Shown here: in pieces, positions 37,815-52,181 of the stretch
Layout of the letters: each line of letters begins with the position of its first letter
How positions within the stretch are numbered: position 1 is the first letter of the stretch
Assembly (NCBI GenBank): GCA_963922865.1
Contig: CAWUJK010000003.1
Location: 1,947-65,946, forward strand
Origin: an uncultured bacterium
Lineage (GTDB): Bacteria > Patescibacteriota > Gracilibacteria > BD1-5 > UBA6164
DNA length: 64,000 bases
Direction: 5' to 3'
Position numbers and translations under genes: made by a program
Notes under the pieces: model-generated
Database searches by the model: none
Seen by the model: only the letters and a program-made list of their open reading frames with translations
Told to the model about the DNA's origin: nothing

Positions 37815-39839
37815 ATGAAATATATTTGAGCTAACATTTATTCAACTACACATCTTTGGAGCGCTTGTTATTTAGATGAAAAAGGTATTTTGAAAGCCAT
37901 TGAACTTGAAAGATTAGATAGATATAAAAATTCTCCTAATCTTTCTAGTTTTTGATTGATTCCTAAACTAGATAATTATTTTAGAAAAAAAATAATTGAT
38001 TATTTTAGTATTAAATGAGAATATAAATCTATTAATTTTGATAAAAAAAATATAATTGAAAAGCATCACTATTTACATGCTTGTTCAGTATATTATTCAA
38101 ATAATATAGAAAAAGCTGCTGTCTTATGTATGGATAGAAATGGTTATGACTTGAATTTTTGAAATCAATTTCAAACTATATGGAAAGCAAAAGATATGCA
38201 TCTAGAACTTAAATATTCTACTCAAATTGATTCTCAACTTGATAGATGAATATGATTTGCTTACTATATTATTTCTGAGTTTTTAAAACTTTGAGAATGA
38301 TCAGTAATGTGATTATCTTCTTATTGAGATAAAAATATTTATAAAAATATAAAAATTTATGAATATAGGGATAATGGAGTTTATTTTAATAAAAAATTTT
38401 TACAAAGAACTATATATGATTTTTCAAATAATTCTACTTTTTTTAAGAGATATGATTCTTTTGATGAAATGTACTGAAATAGAGATATTATTTTTGAAAA
38501 TATAAAAAATATTTTTGGACTTAGTAATCAAGATTTAGAATTTGCTAAAAATAATATTGTAAATTCCAAATTTTCACATATTGCTGCACTACTTCAATAT
38601 CAAACAGAGGAAGCTATTTTATATTTAGCTAAAAAAGCATATAAATTATACCCATCAAAAAATCTTTGTTTAGCTTGATGAGTGGCATTAAATATTTTAG
38701 CAAATACTAGAATATTAAAAGAAACTAAGTTTGAAAATATTTTTATATCACCAGTATCTGAAGATATATGATTATCACTATGAGCTTTTTATCATTTATA
38801 TCACATTCAAGAAAAAAATATTACTAGAGTATTTTTAGAAAAAACTTGATATTGAAATAGTTATTCTAAAAGTATGATTTTAAAAACTTTGGATGAATTT
38901 TGAGATTATTTAACATATGAAAAACTAACACAGCATGATATTTATGAAAAAACTGCAAATAAACTTATGGAAAATAAAGTTTTATGATGGTTTCAGTGAT
39001 GAAGTGAATTTTGACCAAGAGCTTTGGGTAATAGATCAATTATAGCATCACCTTCTTGTCTAAAAATTAAAAATAAGATTAACAAAATAAAATCAAGAGA
39101 ACTTTGGAGACCTCTGGCTCCATCTATTTTAGAAGATAGTATAAAAGATTATTTTGATATAGATTTTTTATCCCCGTTTATGAGTTTTTCCTGAAATATC
39201 AAAAAATCAAAGCTGTGATTTATAGATTGAGTAACCCATATAGATAATACTTCTAGATATCAAAGTGTAGGGGAGGTAAATAATAAAAAATATTATGATT
39301 TAATTAAAAAATTTAAAGAGAAATCTTGAATACCTATTATTATAAATACTTCTTTTAATGTCTCTCGCGAACCTATAGTTGAAACTCCTATAGACGCTCT
39401 GAAAATGTTTTTATCCACAGATATAGATTATTTAATATTGGATAATTTTTTTATAAAAAAGAGCAAAAAAACTGATAAATTTAGATTTAACTATGAAAAT
39501 ATAAGATTAAAAAGGAATCTAGTATTTTCTAAGAATAAACAAGCTATAATAAATAGAAAATACCTAAACAATAAATTTGAAAAATTATTCAAAAATTATG
39601 ATTTTAAAATTTATAACAATTTTTATGATGAAAGCATATCTTTTTTTATAGATGGTTTTAAATATATTCTTGAATTTTTTTCCTCAAGTAGTAATTATTT
39701 ACATATTGAGAAAAAAACTTGATTAATTAAGTTATGAAGATATTCTATAAATGATGATAAAATTATAAATATCATTTATAAAAAAAGTGATATTATAGAT
39801 TTTATGTTTTCAAATGATTATGTAATAAAAGATTATTAA
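37815..39839 (+). CDS. NodU/CmcH-family carbamoyltransferase (674 aa)
   Basis: The motifs are HHYLHACSVYY, LAGGVALN, GGSEFGPRALGNRSII, RPLAPSIL, HIDNTSRYQSV and NTSFNVSREPIVETP. Confidence 0.85.
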
Positions 39840-41221
39840 TGATATCCCAAATATTTTATTCTCAAGTATTATTTCCTTCAATTACTTATGATAATTGGAT
39901 TGATTTTTGAAATATGAAATTAAAAAAAATTGAAGAATTATGTTTTTGAAAAATAAAAACCACTTTTATATGTAAAGAGAATTCAAATTACTTTCATGTG
40001 TATTTTCTTTATAAGGATCTAACTTTAAAAGAAAATATAAATACAAAAGAATGGTATGTTTATTGAGATGAATCACCTTTAGTAAAAGATGTTATTTCTA
40101 GAATAAATAATGGAGTAAAGAATCAAACAGAATTCAGTTTTTTTAAAGATAAAAAATTTTACGACAAGATACCTTTTTGAGTTGTTTTAACAATAACCAG
40201 TAAGTGTAATATATTTTGTAATTATTGTTTTAATGATTATGATTACCCCTTGAAAGATAGAAACCTAAGAAAAGGTCTATCTTGAAAAGATTATAAAAAA
40301 ATTATAGACATATTGTATGAATCTTGAACAAGGGATATAATTTTAACTTGATGAGAGCCCTTCATAGCACCTTATTTTTGGGAGTTGTTAGATTATTTAA
40401 AAGAAAAAAATATTTTTACTAGAGTTAATACAAACTGAACATTGTTATCTGATGAAACTTTAAAAAGACTAAACGATAATTATGTAGTTAATTTAATGGT
40501 ATCTATACATGAATTCAATCAAAAAGATTATTTTAAAGTAAATGAAGTCTGAGCTATAAACATACAATGACTAAAATCACTTAAAAATTTTGAAGATAAG
40601 TTTTATAAAAAAATTGTAGAATTAAGAAAAATAAAAAATTATAAAAACCTTAGTTTGGATATTATGACAATACTTGATACTAAAAATATATTAAATTTAG
40701 AGAAAATATATGAGTTTATACTTAGTAACTTTGAGGTTGAAGATTGGCATTTTTTTAGATTGTATTCTACTTGAACTACTTCCTGAATATCAAGACCAAT
40801 GATTTCTTTAGCTATTGCTAAATTATACAAATTGAATAAAATCTATAAAAGGAATTTCAAAATTGTTGATAGTGTTCCTTATTGTGCTAGTAGCAATCCT
40901 GAGATAGCAAGTAAAGTAATAGATTGAGAATTATCTGAAAATCACAATGTAAAAACTATTATAACAACAGACTGATTTATACAAATAATGTCAGCTTTTG
41001 ATACTAATTTGGGTAATATACTTGAAGAGGGAATAGAAAATATATGGAGATGAAATTTTGTTCAAAAAATGCTAAATCATTGATTTTTACCAAAACAATG
41101 TCAAGATTGTCTTTACAAAGACAGTTGTAGATGAGGTTCCAGGATGGATGCTAATATATATAATTGAAGTTATGATGCTTGGGACCCATTATGAGATGTA
41201 GATAATAAAGTTATTTGATAA
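39839..41221 (+). CDS. radical SAM / SPASM-type protein with N-terminal extension (460 aa)
   Basis: The motifs are CNIFCNYC, TGGEP and the C-terminal CQDCLYKDSCRGG. The start overlaps the upstream stop (TAATG). Confidence 0.8.
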
Positions 41222-41306
41222 TTGTTTAATTCAGATCTTATTGTTTTGAACTTTATTTTATAGAAAGATAACTATTTTTAGTTATAATACATGAAAAAAT
41301 ATAATT

Positions 41307-42599
41307 ATGGAAAAAGATAAATTTGTAAATATGATAAAAAAAACTAAAAATCCTTTTTTTATAAAAGATATTTTAATTATGTATTTAAAAAAATCTATAT
41401 TTTTAAAAAGAATTTATAAAAATATAGATTTTTTGTGAGTAAAACCGGAAAGTGAAAAAAAACTTGATGAAACTATAAATGATATTTCAAAAATTTCAGA
41501 TATTTTTTTAGATGAAAAATCTAGAGACATTTACTATAAAAAAAGATCTCCATGATGTACTTTTTGTACTTTTTGAAAATGATGTACGGTTGTTTTAAGC
41601 TATAAATGTCATAGAGATTGTTTTTTTTGTTATGAAGAAACCCCTCTAGATCCTAAAGTAGTTATTGATCCTTATGATAAAGAAGATATGAGTAAAATTT
41701 ATTCTATAATAGACTCTTCTTTTTCTAATCCAACCAATAAAACTTTGGCTATAACTTGATGAGAACCATTTTTATTTAAGGATAAGGTTTATGAAATTTT
41801 AGAATATGTAAACTCTAAATACCCTTGAAAACATACTAGAATATATACAACAGGAGATATAATGAATGATGAAATACTTACTAAACTTAAGAGTCTAGAA
41901 CTTGATGAGATAAGATATAGTATAAAACCTTGAGAAGAACCTAATTTAAAAATATATGCTTTAACTAAAAAATATATACCTACAGTTATGATTGAAATGC
42001 CTATTCAACCATTTTCAAAAGATTATATGATAGATATAATGAAAAAAATAGATGAGCACTGAAGTATAGATTGATTTAATTTGAATGAGCTTACCTTCAA
42101 TAACTTGAATCCAGAAAAATACAAAGAAGTATGATACAAATTAGATATACCCAAGTGAGATTCAAACTATATTTATCATAGATATTATGATGTTTCAAAA
42201 ATAGAAATTTGAGTCTATGGTAGTAAGATACTTTGTCTAGAACTTATAAAATATTTTTCAAAAAGAAAATCTAGTTTTTTTATGCATTATTGTGATTTAG
42301 ATACTGTTTCAACTCATCAATATATTTATAAAAAAAATAATGCCATTTCTATGAAACATCCATACTCTGAGATAACCAGATTTGCACTTCATAAGGTCTT
42401 AAGAGCATATTCTTGTCTTGAAAAAATAAAAGATTTATTCAAAGAAAATAACATAAATGAATTTTATACAAACTCCAATTATATAGAAACTAGTGTATCT
42501 CATAAAGAGTTACTTAAATCTACTGGATGTATTTTAGCTATAATTTATATGCATTTTGATTATAGTTACGCAGTTGATTTTGAAATTATAAATATTTAA
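41307..42599 (+). CDS. radical SAM protein (430 aa)
   Basis: The motifs are CHRDCFFC, preceded by CTFCTFGKGC, and ITGGEPF. It joins track ORF 42282..42599. Confidence 0.75.
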
Positions 42600-42600
42600 C

Positions 42601-42939
42601 ATGAGTGATTTTAACTACGAAAAAAGTTTTATAATAAATTGATTCAAGGCTTTGGATAAATCTTGAGTTAAATGGCCTGCTAAAAAAGTTGCTTTTCTAT
42701 TTGGTTATGAAAATCAAACAAAAGATTTTGTGAAATTGATAAATAAATCAAAAAATATTTGCAAAGTTAAATGAGTGGAGGTAGAAAATCATTTTTTTTG
42801 AGACATAAATGACTTGAACTCTTATTTTCTTACAAAATACTCTTGCTATTTAATTTCTGTTTTTGCTGATTTATCAAAAAAAAATGTTACTTACTCCAAG
42901 ACCTACTTTGATCTTGAAGTTAAAAATATGTATATTTAA
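42601..42939 (+). CDS. hypothetical protein (112 aa)
   Basis: ATG 42601 lies 1 nt after the upstream stop. I recognise no motif. Confidence 0.5.
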
Positions 42940-42941
42940 TT

Positions 42942-43793
42942 ATGATTAAAAACAATAATATTTTATCAGATTTGAGGATAGTAAATACTTGTTCTAATAA
43001 TTGTTTATATTGTCTTGAGCAATCTTATAGAAAAAAACAAAAATTTATTGATAAACAGTATATATTTGATTTGTTGAGTAAATCAAATACATGAACTAAT
43101 ATAAATTTTTATTGATGAAATCCACTTTTACATCCATATTTAATTGAAATAATAAAATTTTCAAGGACTAAATTTGAAAATATTTGATTATTAACTAATA
43201 CTTTTTGATTAAATAAAAATTTTTTAGATGAACTTATAAACTCTTGACTTAACTCTATTTGAGTTTATTTCAATAGCTTTTCAAAACATAAACATAAGCT
43301 GATAAATTGAAATTGAATTAGTTTAAAAGAGTTATTAGATAATATAAAACTCTTAAAAAATAATCCTATTTTTTATAAAATTATAATACATATAAATAAT
43401 CAAAATATTGATGAACTTTATAGAGACATTTTGATCTTAAATACTAAATTTTGAGTAAAAAATATAGAATTTATAAACTATTTTCCATTTGACAGACCTT
43501 ATCAAAATAAAAAAATATTAGAGTATAGTTTTTCTAAAAATAGACAAAATATAGATAATATATTCAAGATTATAGAAAAATTTAATATAAAAGTGAAGTT
43601 TATTAAATTTGATAAAAAATTTTTCTGAAAATATTTTAAATACTATGATTTTGATAACTGAATTGTAAGTCAAATTTGAGAAGAAGATTTCAAAAGACTT
43701 TCTTGAAAAAAAACTCCTTTTTGTTATACTGAACAAAGGTGTGATAATTGTTTTATAAAAGATAATTGTAGATTTTATGTACTTTGAAGCTAA
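42942..43793 (+). CDS. radical SAM protein (283 aa)
   Basis: The motifs are CSNNCLYC, YGGNP and the tail RCDNCFIKDNC. Confidence 0.8.
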
Positions 43794-44640
43794 TATATGA
43801 TATTTTTGTAAGAAAGATTGTATTTTTTGCTCAGAATGATGATATTGAAAACGAAATGTATTAGAGTTGAAGGATTTTAAAAAAATTATTATAAAAAAAA
43901 AATTTACAAAAGTAGTTTTAACTTGATGAGAACCTATTTTAAACCCAAATTTGATAGAGTACATAAATTTTTGTAAAGAAAATAATATTTATGTTTCACT
44001 CGTTACTGCATTTGAACCCTATTTGAGTGAAAATTTTATAGATTCTATTATTAATAGTTGATTAGATGAATTAATGCTTTCTATACAATGACCAGAAAAA
44101 ATACATGATTTCTTAATTAAACAAAAATGATCTTTTAAAAGTCAAATTTTTTTGTTAAACTATTTAAAGTATAGACCAAATAAATTCAGAGTCATTTTAC
44201 ATACTAATATAAACAAATTCAATTATAAAGTTTTGCCTTTTTTTATAAACAAAATGTTTTTTTTATTTCCTTATATCTCGGTTTATCATATTCAGGCTTT
44301 AGAATATGATTGAAGCGCAATTAAAAATAAAACAATTCTTTTTGATAAATATACAACACTTTTCTCTGTTTTTTTTAGTAAAGTTTCCAATATTAAAAAT
44401 TTAGATAGAATTAAGTTTTGAAGAATACCATATTGTGTTGTGGATCAAAAATATAGGTTTTTGATTTGAAATACACCTAAAACATTTAATAAGAGAGATT
44501 GATACTATAAACAAGATATGGTATATAAAGAATGAATATATGATGAAAAGTGTCATGGATGTAAATATTATTATTCATGTGATAAATTTACAAATGTTTA
44601 TGTTGAAAAATTTTGAGATGAAGAAATACAATTAATATAA
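43777..44640 (+). CDS. radical SAM protein (287 aa)
   Basis: CKKDCIFC begins 10 codons after the ATG. The other motifs are TGGEP and the tail KCHGCKYYYSC. It overlaps the upstream gene by 17 nt. Confidence 0.75.
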
Positions 44641-44646
44641 TTATTT

Positions 44647-45630
44647 ATGAATTATAAAAGACTTGAAATTTATTTATGATGGACATGTAATAATAAATGT
44701 CTATTTTGTATTGAAATGGCTACTATGGATAAAATGTGGAATAAAAAAGTAAGTGAAGCAGAAATACTTAAAAAACTTTTGAAATATAAGAAGCTATGAT
44801 ATAATCATGTCACATATTTATGATGAGAACCTTTTATCCAAGACAACTTTCTTTTTGCCTTAAAAACTTGAAAAAAACTTTGATACACTATAATGGTTAC
44901 AACAAATGGAAATTTAATTCAATATCACAAAGCTGCCAAAAAATATCTTTCATATATAGATGAACTTATAATATCCATTCCAATAATAGATCAAAAATTA
45001 CAATTAAAAATTAACAATACAAAATCTATTATTGATTTTAATAAGGTTTTTCAGAATATAGATAAGTATTGGAATTGAATTTTTTTGAAAGTAAATACTG
45101 TTATGAATCCTTTAAATATAGATCATATATATGATATAGTAAAATTTATACATAATTATGGTGTTAAAGAATTATCTTTAACATACCCTGATATAGATAC
45201 TTATAAATACAGTGATGAGCATATAAAAAAATATTTGATATTAAGGTATGAAGAAGTAATTAGAAAAATAGAAAAATCTTTTGTTTTTTCATTAAAATCA
45301 TGAATAAATATAAAACTAACTGATGTACCTTTCTGCTTTTTACCTAGTAAAAATTGGATAAAGCATACAGACGATTATGATTATGACTGAAGAACTAAAA
45401 TTATGTATCATTGATGAGAATTTAAAAGAAAATGAGCACTAGATAGGTTGAGTAATTTAGAGTCAGTTCTTGATAAAAATGAAGATGATAATGCGAAAGA
45501 AGTTATAAACCCTAGAATGAGAAAGTATTTAAAAGAGTGTTACAAATGTAAATATTTATGAAAATGTTGGTGAGTAGCGGATAGTTATGATCATTTTTAC
45601 AAGGATACTAAAATTAAACCCATTTTATAA
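44647..45630 (+). CDS. radical SAM protein (327 aa)
   Basis: The motifs are CNNKCLFC, LGGEP and the tail ECYKCKYLGKC. It merges track ORFs 44893 and 45085. Confidence 0.8.
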
Positions 45631-45633
45631 TCT

Positions 45634-46629
45634 ATGTCTGAAATTGAAAATAAATTTGAACATTTTATAAATGAAATTATAAGAATCAATTATAAATGTA
45701 ATTGGAAATGTAATTTTTGTAATGTATGACTTGTAAATAACTATTGAGATAAAGATATAAATCACAAAGAAGTAATTTATAAGATTTTGACTTTGGGTAA
45801 GAAATATTCTTTAAAAGAGAAGTCGAATTTAGTATTATCTTTTTCATGATGAGAACCCACTTTGAATAAAAATTTATTTAATTACATAAAATTAGCAAAA
45901 AATATATGAATTTGAAGAATACAAATTCAGACTAACTGAAGTTTACTTTATTTAAATCACTCCCTTTATGATAAATTATTTTCTGCGTGATTGAATGAGA
46001 TTTTTTTAGCACAACATTCAGAAAATTTAGAAACAAATATGGAAATGTGATGTTATTATGATTTCAATGATTTCTTAAGTTGGTTTAATTATGTAAGAAA
46101 TAGTAGAAAAAATATAAAGATTTATTTAAATATAGTTATTACGAAAATTAATATAGAGTTTTTATATAAGTTTATAATTAAACTTATAGATATATGATTT
46201 ATAAAACATATATGAAATAAAATATCTTTTTGATTTTGTCAACCAAACTGATATGCTTGGGATAATAAGGAAGATACCTTACTTGTTTTTGATGATTATC
46301 AGATTAATTTGATTAATAAAGTAATAAATTATTGTAAAAGTAGGGATATTTATTTGGATTTTCATTATACTTCACCTCCAATTTGTATATTACAAAACCC
46401 TGAATATAATCTTGAATATAAAAAGCTTAAGATTTTAAAAAATAATAAAAATATAAGCACTTTTAATCTAAATAGTTTCAAGTTTTTATGGAAAGAAAAA
46501 AGTAAGTTAAGTATTTGTAAGACTTGTAGGTATGATAATTATTGTCTTTGATTCTACAAAAATTGGATAAAATACATATGAAAAGACATATTAATACAGA
46601 GGGTTAAAGACTTTTTATCAAAATATTAG
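45634..46629 (+). CDS. radical SAM protein (331 aa)
   Basis: The motifs are CNWKCNFC, SGGEP and the tail ICKTCRYDNYC. Confidence 0.8.
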
Positions 46630-46673
46630 CTTGTACTATTTAGAATCCTTTTTTAAACATAACTTTATTTAAC

Positions 46674-47915
46674 ATGAAAATTGACTTATATGATGATTTT
46701 CTAAGCATATTTGTTTTAATATATTCAGATTTCCATTTAGTAGATCTTTATACTTATGAAAATTATAATAAATTATTTAAAATTGAAATAAAAAATATAA
46801 ATAATAATTTTTTTGATTTTTTACATGTCTCAGTAGTAAAAAATAAGTTTATAGTTATTAGAAAAAAGAAAAATCAATATTTAGATTTTTTCATTGATAT
46901 TTTAAATGAAAATAGTTCTTGAATAGAAAATTCAAAAACATATAAGAATATGTCTCATTATAAAATAAAGACAGACTTTAGAAATCATTTGCGTCTATTA
47001 TTTTCTTTGATAATAGAAACTTGATTAAGAGATAATACTAATTTTGATAAGCAATTATCATATTTTAAGCAAAATAACTTAACATCTTATCTTGTTCTTA
47101 GCACATTATTAAAATGATTTAGGTGAGATATGAATTTGCTACAGTGAGTTAAATATAATAACTTGTTGATAAAAAAATATCCCAATATTTCTTCTTTTTA
47201 TACTTGGCGAGTTAGAAATGTTTTTTTCCATTACATTCAAAAAGTTTTATGACATGAACTTTATTATAAGCTTTTAGAAAATAATAAACAAAAACTTTTA
47301 AGTTCTTACTATATGAAACTTATTTTTTACGATTTAGAAAAATCAAAAAAACTTAATAAAAATAATTATATTACTTACATGTTTGAGTGACATATATATT
47401 TATATTTATGAGATGATAAATGAATATGAATATTAAAGTGACTTAAATGAAAGATATCAGATTCATTGTATAGTAAGGATGTGTTAGTTTGGATATGAAA
47501 TTATTATCTTTGGAAAAAAGATTATGAACTTGCTGAAAAATACTTATTAAATAGCGATATAAAAGATAATTTTAGATTTTATAGAAAAATAATACCAGTA
47601 TATATATTATCATGACAAAAAAACAAGCTAATATCAATTTTTAATGAATTAATTAATAAATGATATAAGATATTTTTATTTAATAGGAAACATGATGTTG
47701 AATGAAGTTATTTGTTGGGTGAAAATTATATAAAAAATGAAGATATGAACATACCTATAGATATTTGACATGAAACATTTAAAAGTATTGTTGAATTAAT
47801 ATGAAAGAAATCTATTAATGTAGATTCATCTATGTTATTTTATAAATATTTTAGAAAAAATTATAATAAGTACTTTTTAGATGACTGTAATTATAGTCTA
47901 ATTTTTCAAAAATAG
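46674..47915 (+). CDS. hypothetical protein, possibly helical-repeat (413 aa)
   Basis: The whole frame was scanned and has no TAA or TAG. I recognise no motif. Confidence 0.6.
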
Positions 47916-47954
47916 ATTCTCAAAAAATTTTACTTTGAATTTCAAAACAATAAA

Positions 47955-48257
47955 CTAAGTAATTCTACTAATATTTTCTTTTATTTTTTTAAAATATGCT
48001 TCTCATAAATCTTTTATATCATATAAATTTGAGAGCTGGAGAGTATATAGTAGTAATTCTGGAACTACTTCATCTTTAATAATTTCTTTTGATAACTTCT
48101 TTTTATGTTCTTGCCTTTCACAATACAAGGATAATTTTCCCATTATCATTCACATGTGTAGAGTTATATGTCTAATTTTTTCTTGTTCTGATCAATTATG
48201 TGCCCAGTATTTTTTGTCATACTCTTTTTGAAATACTTGTAAATCTTTTATTTCCAT
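47955..48257 (-). CDS. MazG-like nucleotide pyrophosphohydrolase family protein (100 aa)
   Basis: The translation reads MEIKDLQVFQKEYDKKYWAH...HITLHMGMIMGKLSLYCERQEH...PELLLYTLQLSN. Confidence 0.45.
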
Positions 48258-48502
48258 TTGGTATTTTTAGTATTATATAGTAGTTTTTATTAGTTTTATG
48301 ATAATTTTTTGTATTTAAATTAGTATATATTTAAGTATAATTATAATAGTTTAAAGTCAAATGGAATTTATTTTAGATCTTGTTTTTAATTTTTAGCTAT
48401 TTTTTTATAGAAATATTAGTTTATATACTTTATACTAAAAATTTAATTTTGATAATTTTTTATTGTTAATTATAATTTCATTAAGTTTTTTAAATTTTTT
48501 TG

Positions 48503-49411
48503 ATGCAAAAATTTAGTATAATATCACATATTACCACTTCTTGTAATTACAATTGTTCGTATTGTGATGTTATTAAAGATGGTAAAAAATTAAAACTAGA
48601 ACATAGGAATGAAATAGTTGATTTTATAGTTAAAAATCAAAATTATATATGAGATTTTAAGTTTTTTGGTTGAGAACCACTGTTAGCTTTTCCGGATGTA
48701 AAATATATAGTAAGTAATTCAAAAAACAAAATAAAAAATGATTTTTTTGAACTAGTTACCAACACATCTCTTATAAAAAAAGAACACTTAGAATATTTCT
48801 CAAAAAACCTTAAAACCCTTTACTTTAGTGTAGATAATGAAAACATATTTAGAGAAAATTTGTTTTTAGATATAATAAAAAATTATCCAGCCTTAGAAAG
48901 AAAAATTTATATAAATCTTATAATAGATCCTAAAAAAATAAAACAATCAAAACAACTTTTTGATAGATTATATGATATATGATTTTATTGATATAATTTA
49001 TTACCAATATATTTTACTAAAATTTGGGATAAACAAGAACTTCAAGAGCTATCAGTTTTCATAAAGTATATTCTTGATTTATCAATCAAAGAAAATAAAC
49101 TTAGGATGTATTGATTTATGAATGGTAAATGATGAGAATCAAAACTTTCATATAATTCTCTTTTCATAAATATTGACAAAAAAATTTATTACTCAGATAT
49201 GGTATCAACATTTATGTGAGCTAAGATTAAGAATGAATTATACATTTGAGAAACTGATAAACTTAAATTAGAAAAACTAAACAACTTTGAGCTTGAGAAT
49301 AAAAAAGAAATTTTGAGAAACTTGGAACAAGAAGTTACAAATAAAGTTAAATGACAAAAACAATTACAAAAACTTATGGATTATTTTTCATTATATTTAA
49401 ATAATAAATAA
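48503..49411 (+). CDS. radical SAM protein (302 aa)
   Basis: The motifs are CNYNCSYC and FGGEPLLA. Confidence 0.8.
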
Positions 49412-49497
49412 AAAACATTTAAAAACAATTACAAAAACTTGTAAATCCCTAAATTATATATATTATGGGGATAATAATACCTAAATTTACCATTATT

Positions 49498-50628
<1,131 letters not shown>

Positions 50629-50686
50629 ATATATTTTTAATATAAAATATGAAATAATATACTATTTTTTGTATTTAAAAATTATA

Positions 50687-51976
50687 ATGGAAAACAAACA
50701 AAACCTACTATCCAAAGAAAAAACCCAAAAACAAAATAGAATATGGGTTAGAATAGCTTCAGCTTGTAACAACAAGTGTATTTTTTGTTTGGACAGTGAC
50801 GCACAAAACTGAACATTTCCAGATGAAAATAAAATAAAAAAAGAAATAAAAAATTGATATAAAAACTGATTTGAAAATAGAGTAATTATATCTTGATGAG
50901 AAGCAAGTATAAATCCCAAGTTTCATGAATATATAAGATACTCAAAACAAATTTGATATGATAGAGTACAAACAGTTACAAATTGAAATATGTTTTTTCA
51001 TGAAAAATTTTGTGAAAAAGTTTTTGCAGCTTGATTGGAAGAAGTTACTTTTTCTTTTCATTGACATAATTCAAAACTTCATGATTATCTTGTAGCTACA
51101 CCTTGAGCTTTTAAAAAGTCTTTAAAATGACTTATTTATATCAAAAAACATTTTCCAAAAATTATTATAAATATAGACATAGTTGTAAATAAAGTAAATG
51201 TTAGATATTTACCAGAAATCGTTAAATTTTTTATGAAATTAGGGGTATATGAATTTGATATATTGCAAATAATACCATTTTGAAGATGATTTAAAGAACA
51301 TAAAAATACTCTTTTTTATAATATATCAAAAAATATAAAATATTTGCAAGATACTTGGAAATTATCTAAAATACCCTGAATGTATATGTGGACAAATAGA
51401 TTTCACAGCGAAGCATTTGAATGATTTGAAGATCTTATACAAGATCCAAGAAAAATAAAATCAGAAGTTATGTGAGAAAGTAGGGAAATGTTTGAACCAT
51501 TTATAAAATCAAAATGAAAAATAAAACCAGAATGTTTTTGAGAGAGATGTAAATATTGTTTCATAAACCAATATTGTCATGGTTATTTAGAAAGTATTAA
51601 AAACCCTTTATTACTAAAAAATAATAATCAAAAAAAAGATTATATTATAGTAAATTGAGAAGAATTTCCAAGTCAAGTTTATGAAAAATATTGAGAAACA
51701 TGAGAAGACTTTAAAAATTATTTGAAAAGTTTGAAAAAAGATATAATAAATATCCCAAAATGTTTATGATGAACTTGAGTGTATCAAAATTATAACGATT
51801 TAATAAGAAAAAGAACCCTAGAAGACTATACCAGTAAATATATAAAAAATTTATATAGAAAAAAATCTTTGAGATGTGAGAATTGTAAATATTATAATAA
51901 TTGTGAATGAATACATCTAAATTTTATAAGAAGTTATTGATTTGATATTTTAGAGCCAATTTTATGAAACAATTAG
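50687..51976 (+). CDS. radical SAM protein with two C-terminal Cys clusters (429 aa)
   Basis: The motifs are CNNKCIFC, SGGEA, ERCKYCFINQYC and RCENCKYYNNC. Confidence 0.8.
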
Positions 51977-52181
51977 TATTATTTTGTTTATTATTTATAT
52001 TCTTTACGAATAAAGTTTATGCATTACCTATTTCTGCATTATTTTTGTGATTAGATTTTATACTTTTCTTAGTTCCATGAGTATTATTGTTATTTTCAAC
52101 TCTATATTTTTATTTTAAAAAATATATTTTACACTTTAATCTATTTTTAATAGTTCTATTTTTTGTTAATTATATATTTCA

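Noticed and set aside
41291-41320. A tiny ORF, MKKYNYGKR (ATG 41291), considered as a possible extra precursor before the rSAM gene at 41307.
   Set aside because: It is only 9 codons long, overlaps the better-supported ATG 41307 in another frame, and has no repeats or similarity to the HxS peptides.
43518-43964. This is a 148-aa minus-strand ORF from the supplied track. Similar antisense or out-of-frame track ORFs occur at 14812..15369 (-), 56811..57221 (-), 57414..57755 (-) and 12932..13225 (-).
   Set aside because: They lie antisense to long code-25 ORFs that carry strong conserved motifs (rSAM, Fic, DUF2130, AspS). Their translations are low-complexity Phe/Ile/Leu/Ser strings typical of AT-rich antisense frames.
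49356-49440. A 20-nt direct repeat, aaaaacaattacaaaaactt (49356-49375 and 49421-49440), considered as a possible insertion footprint of the DUF4143 ATPase gene.
   Set aside because: Both copies lie on the same (upstream) side of the ATPase gene, only 45 nt apart. It is a short local duplication at the rSAM gene's 3' end and does not flank anything.
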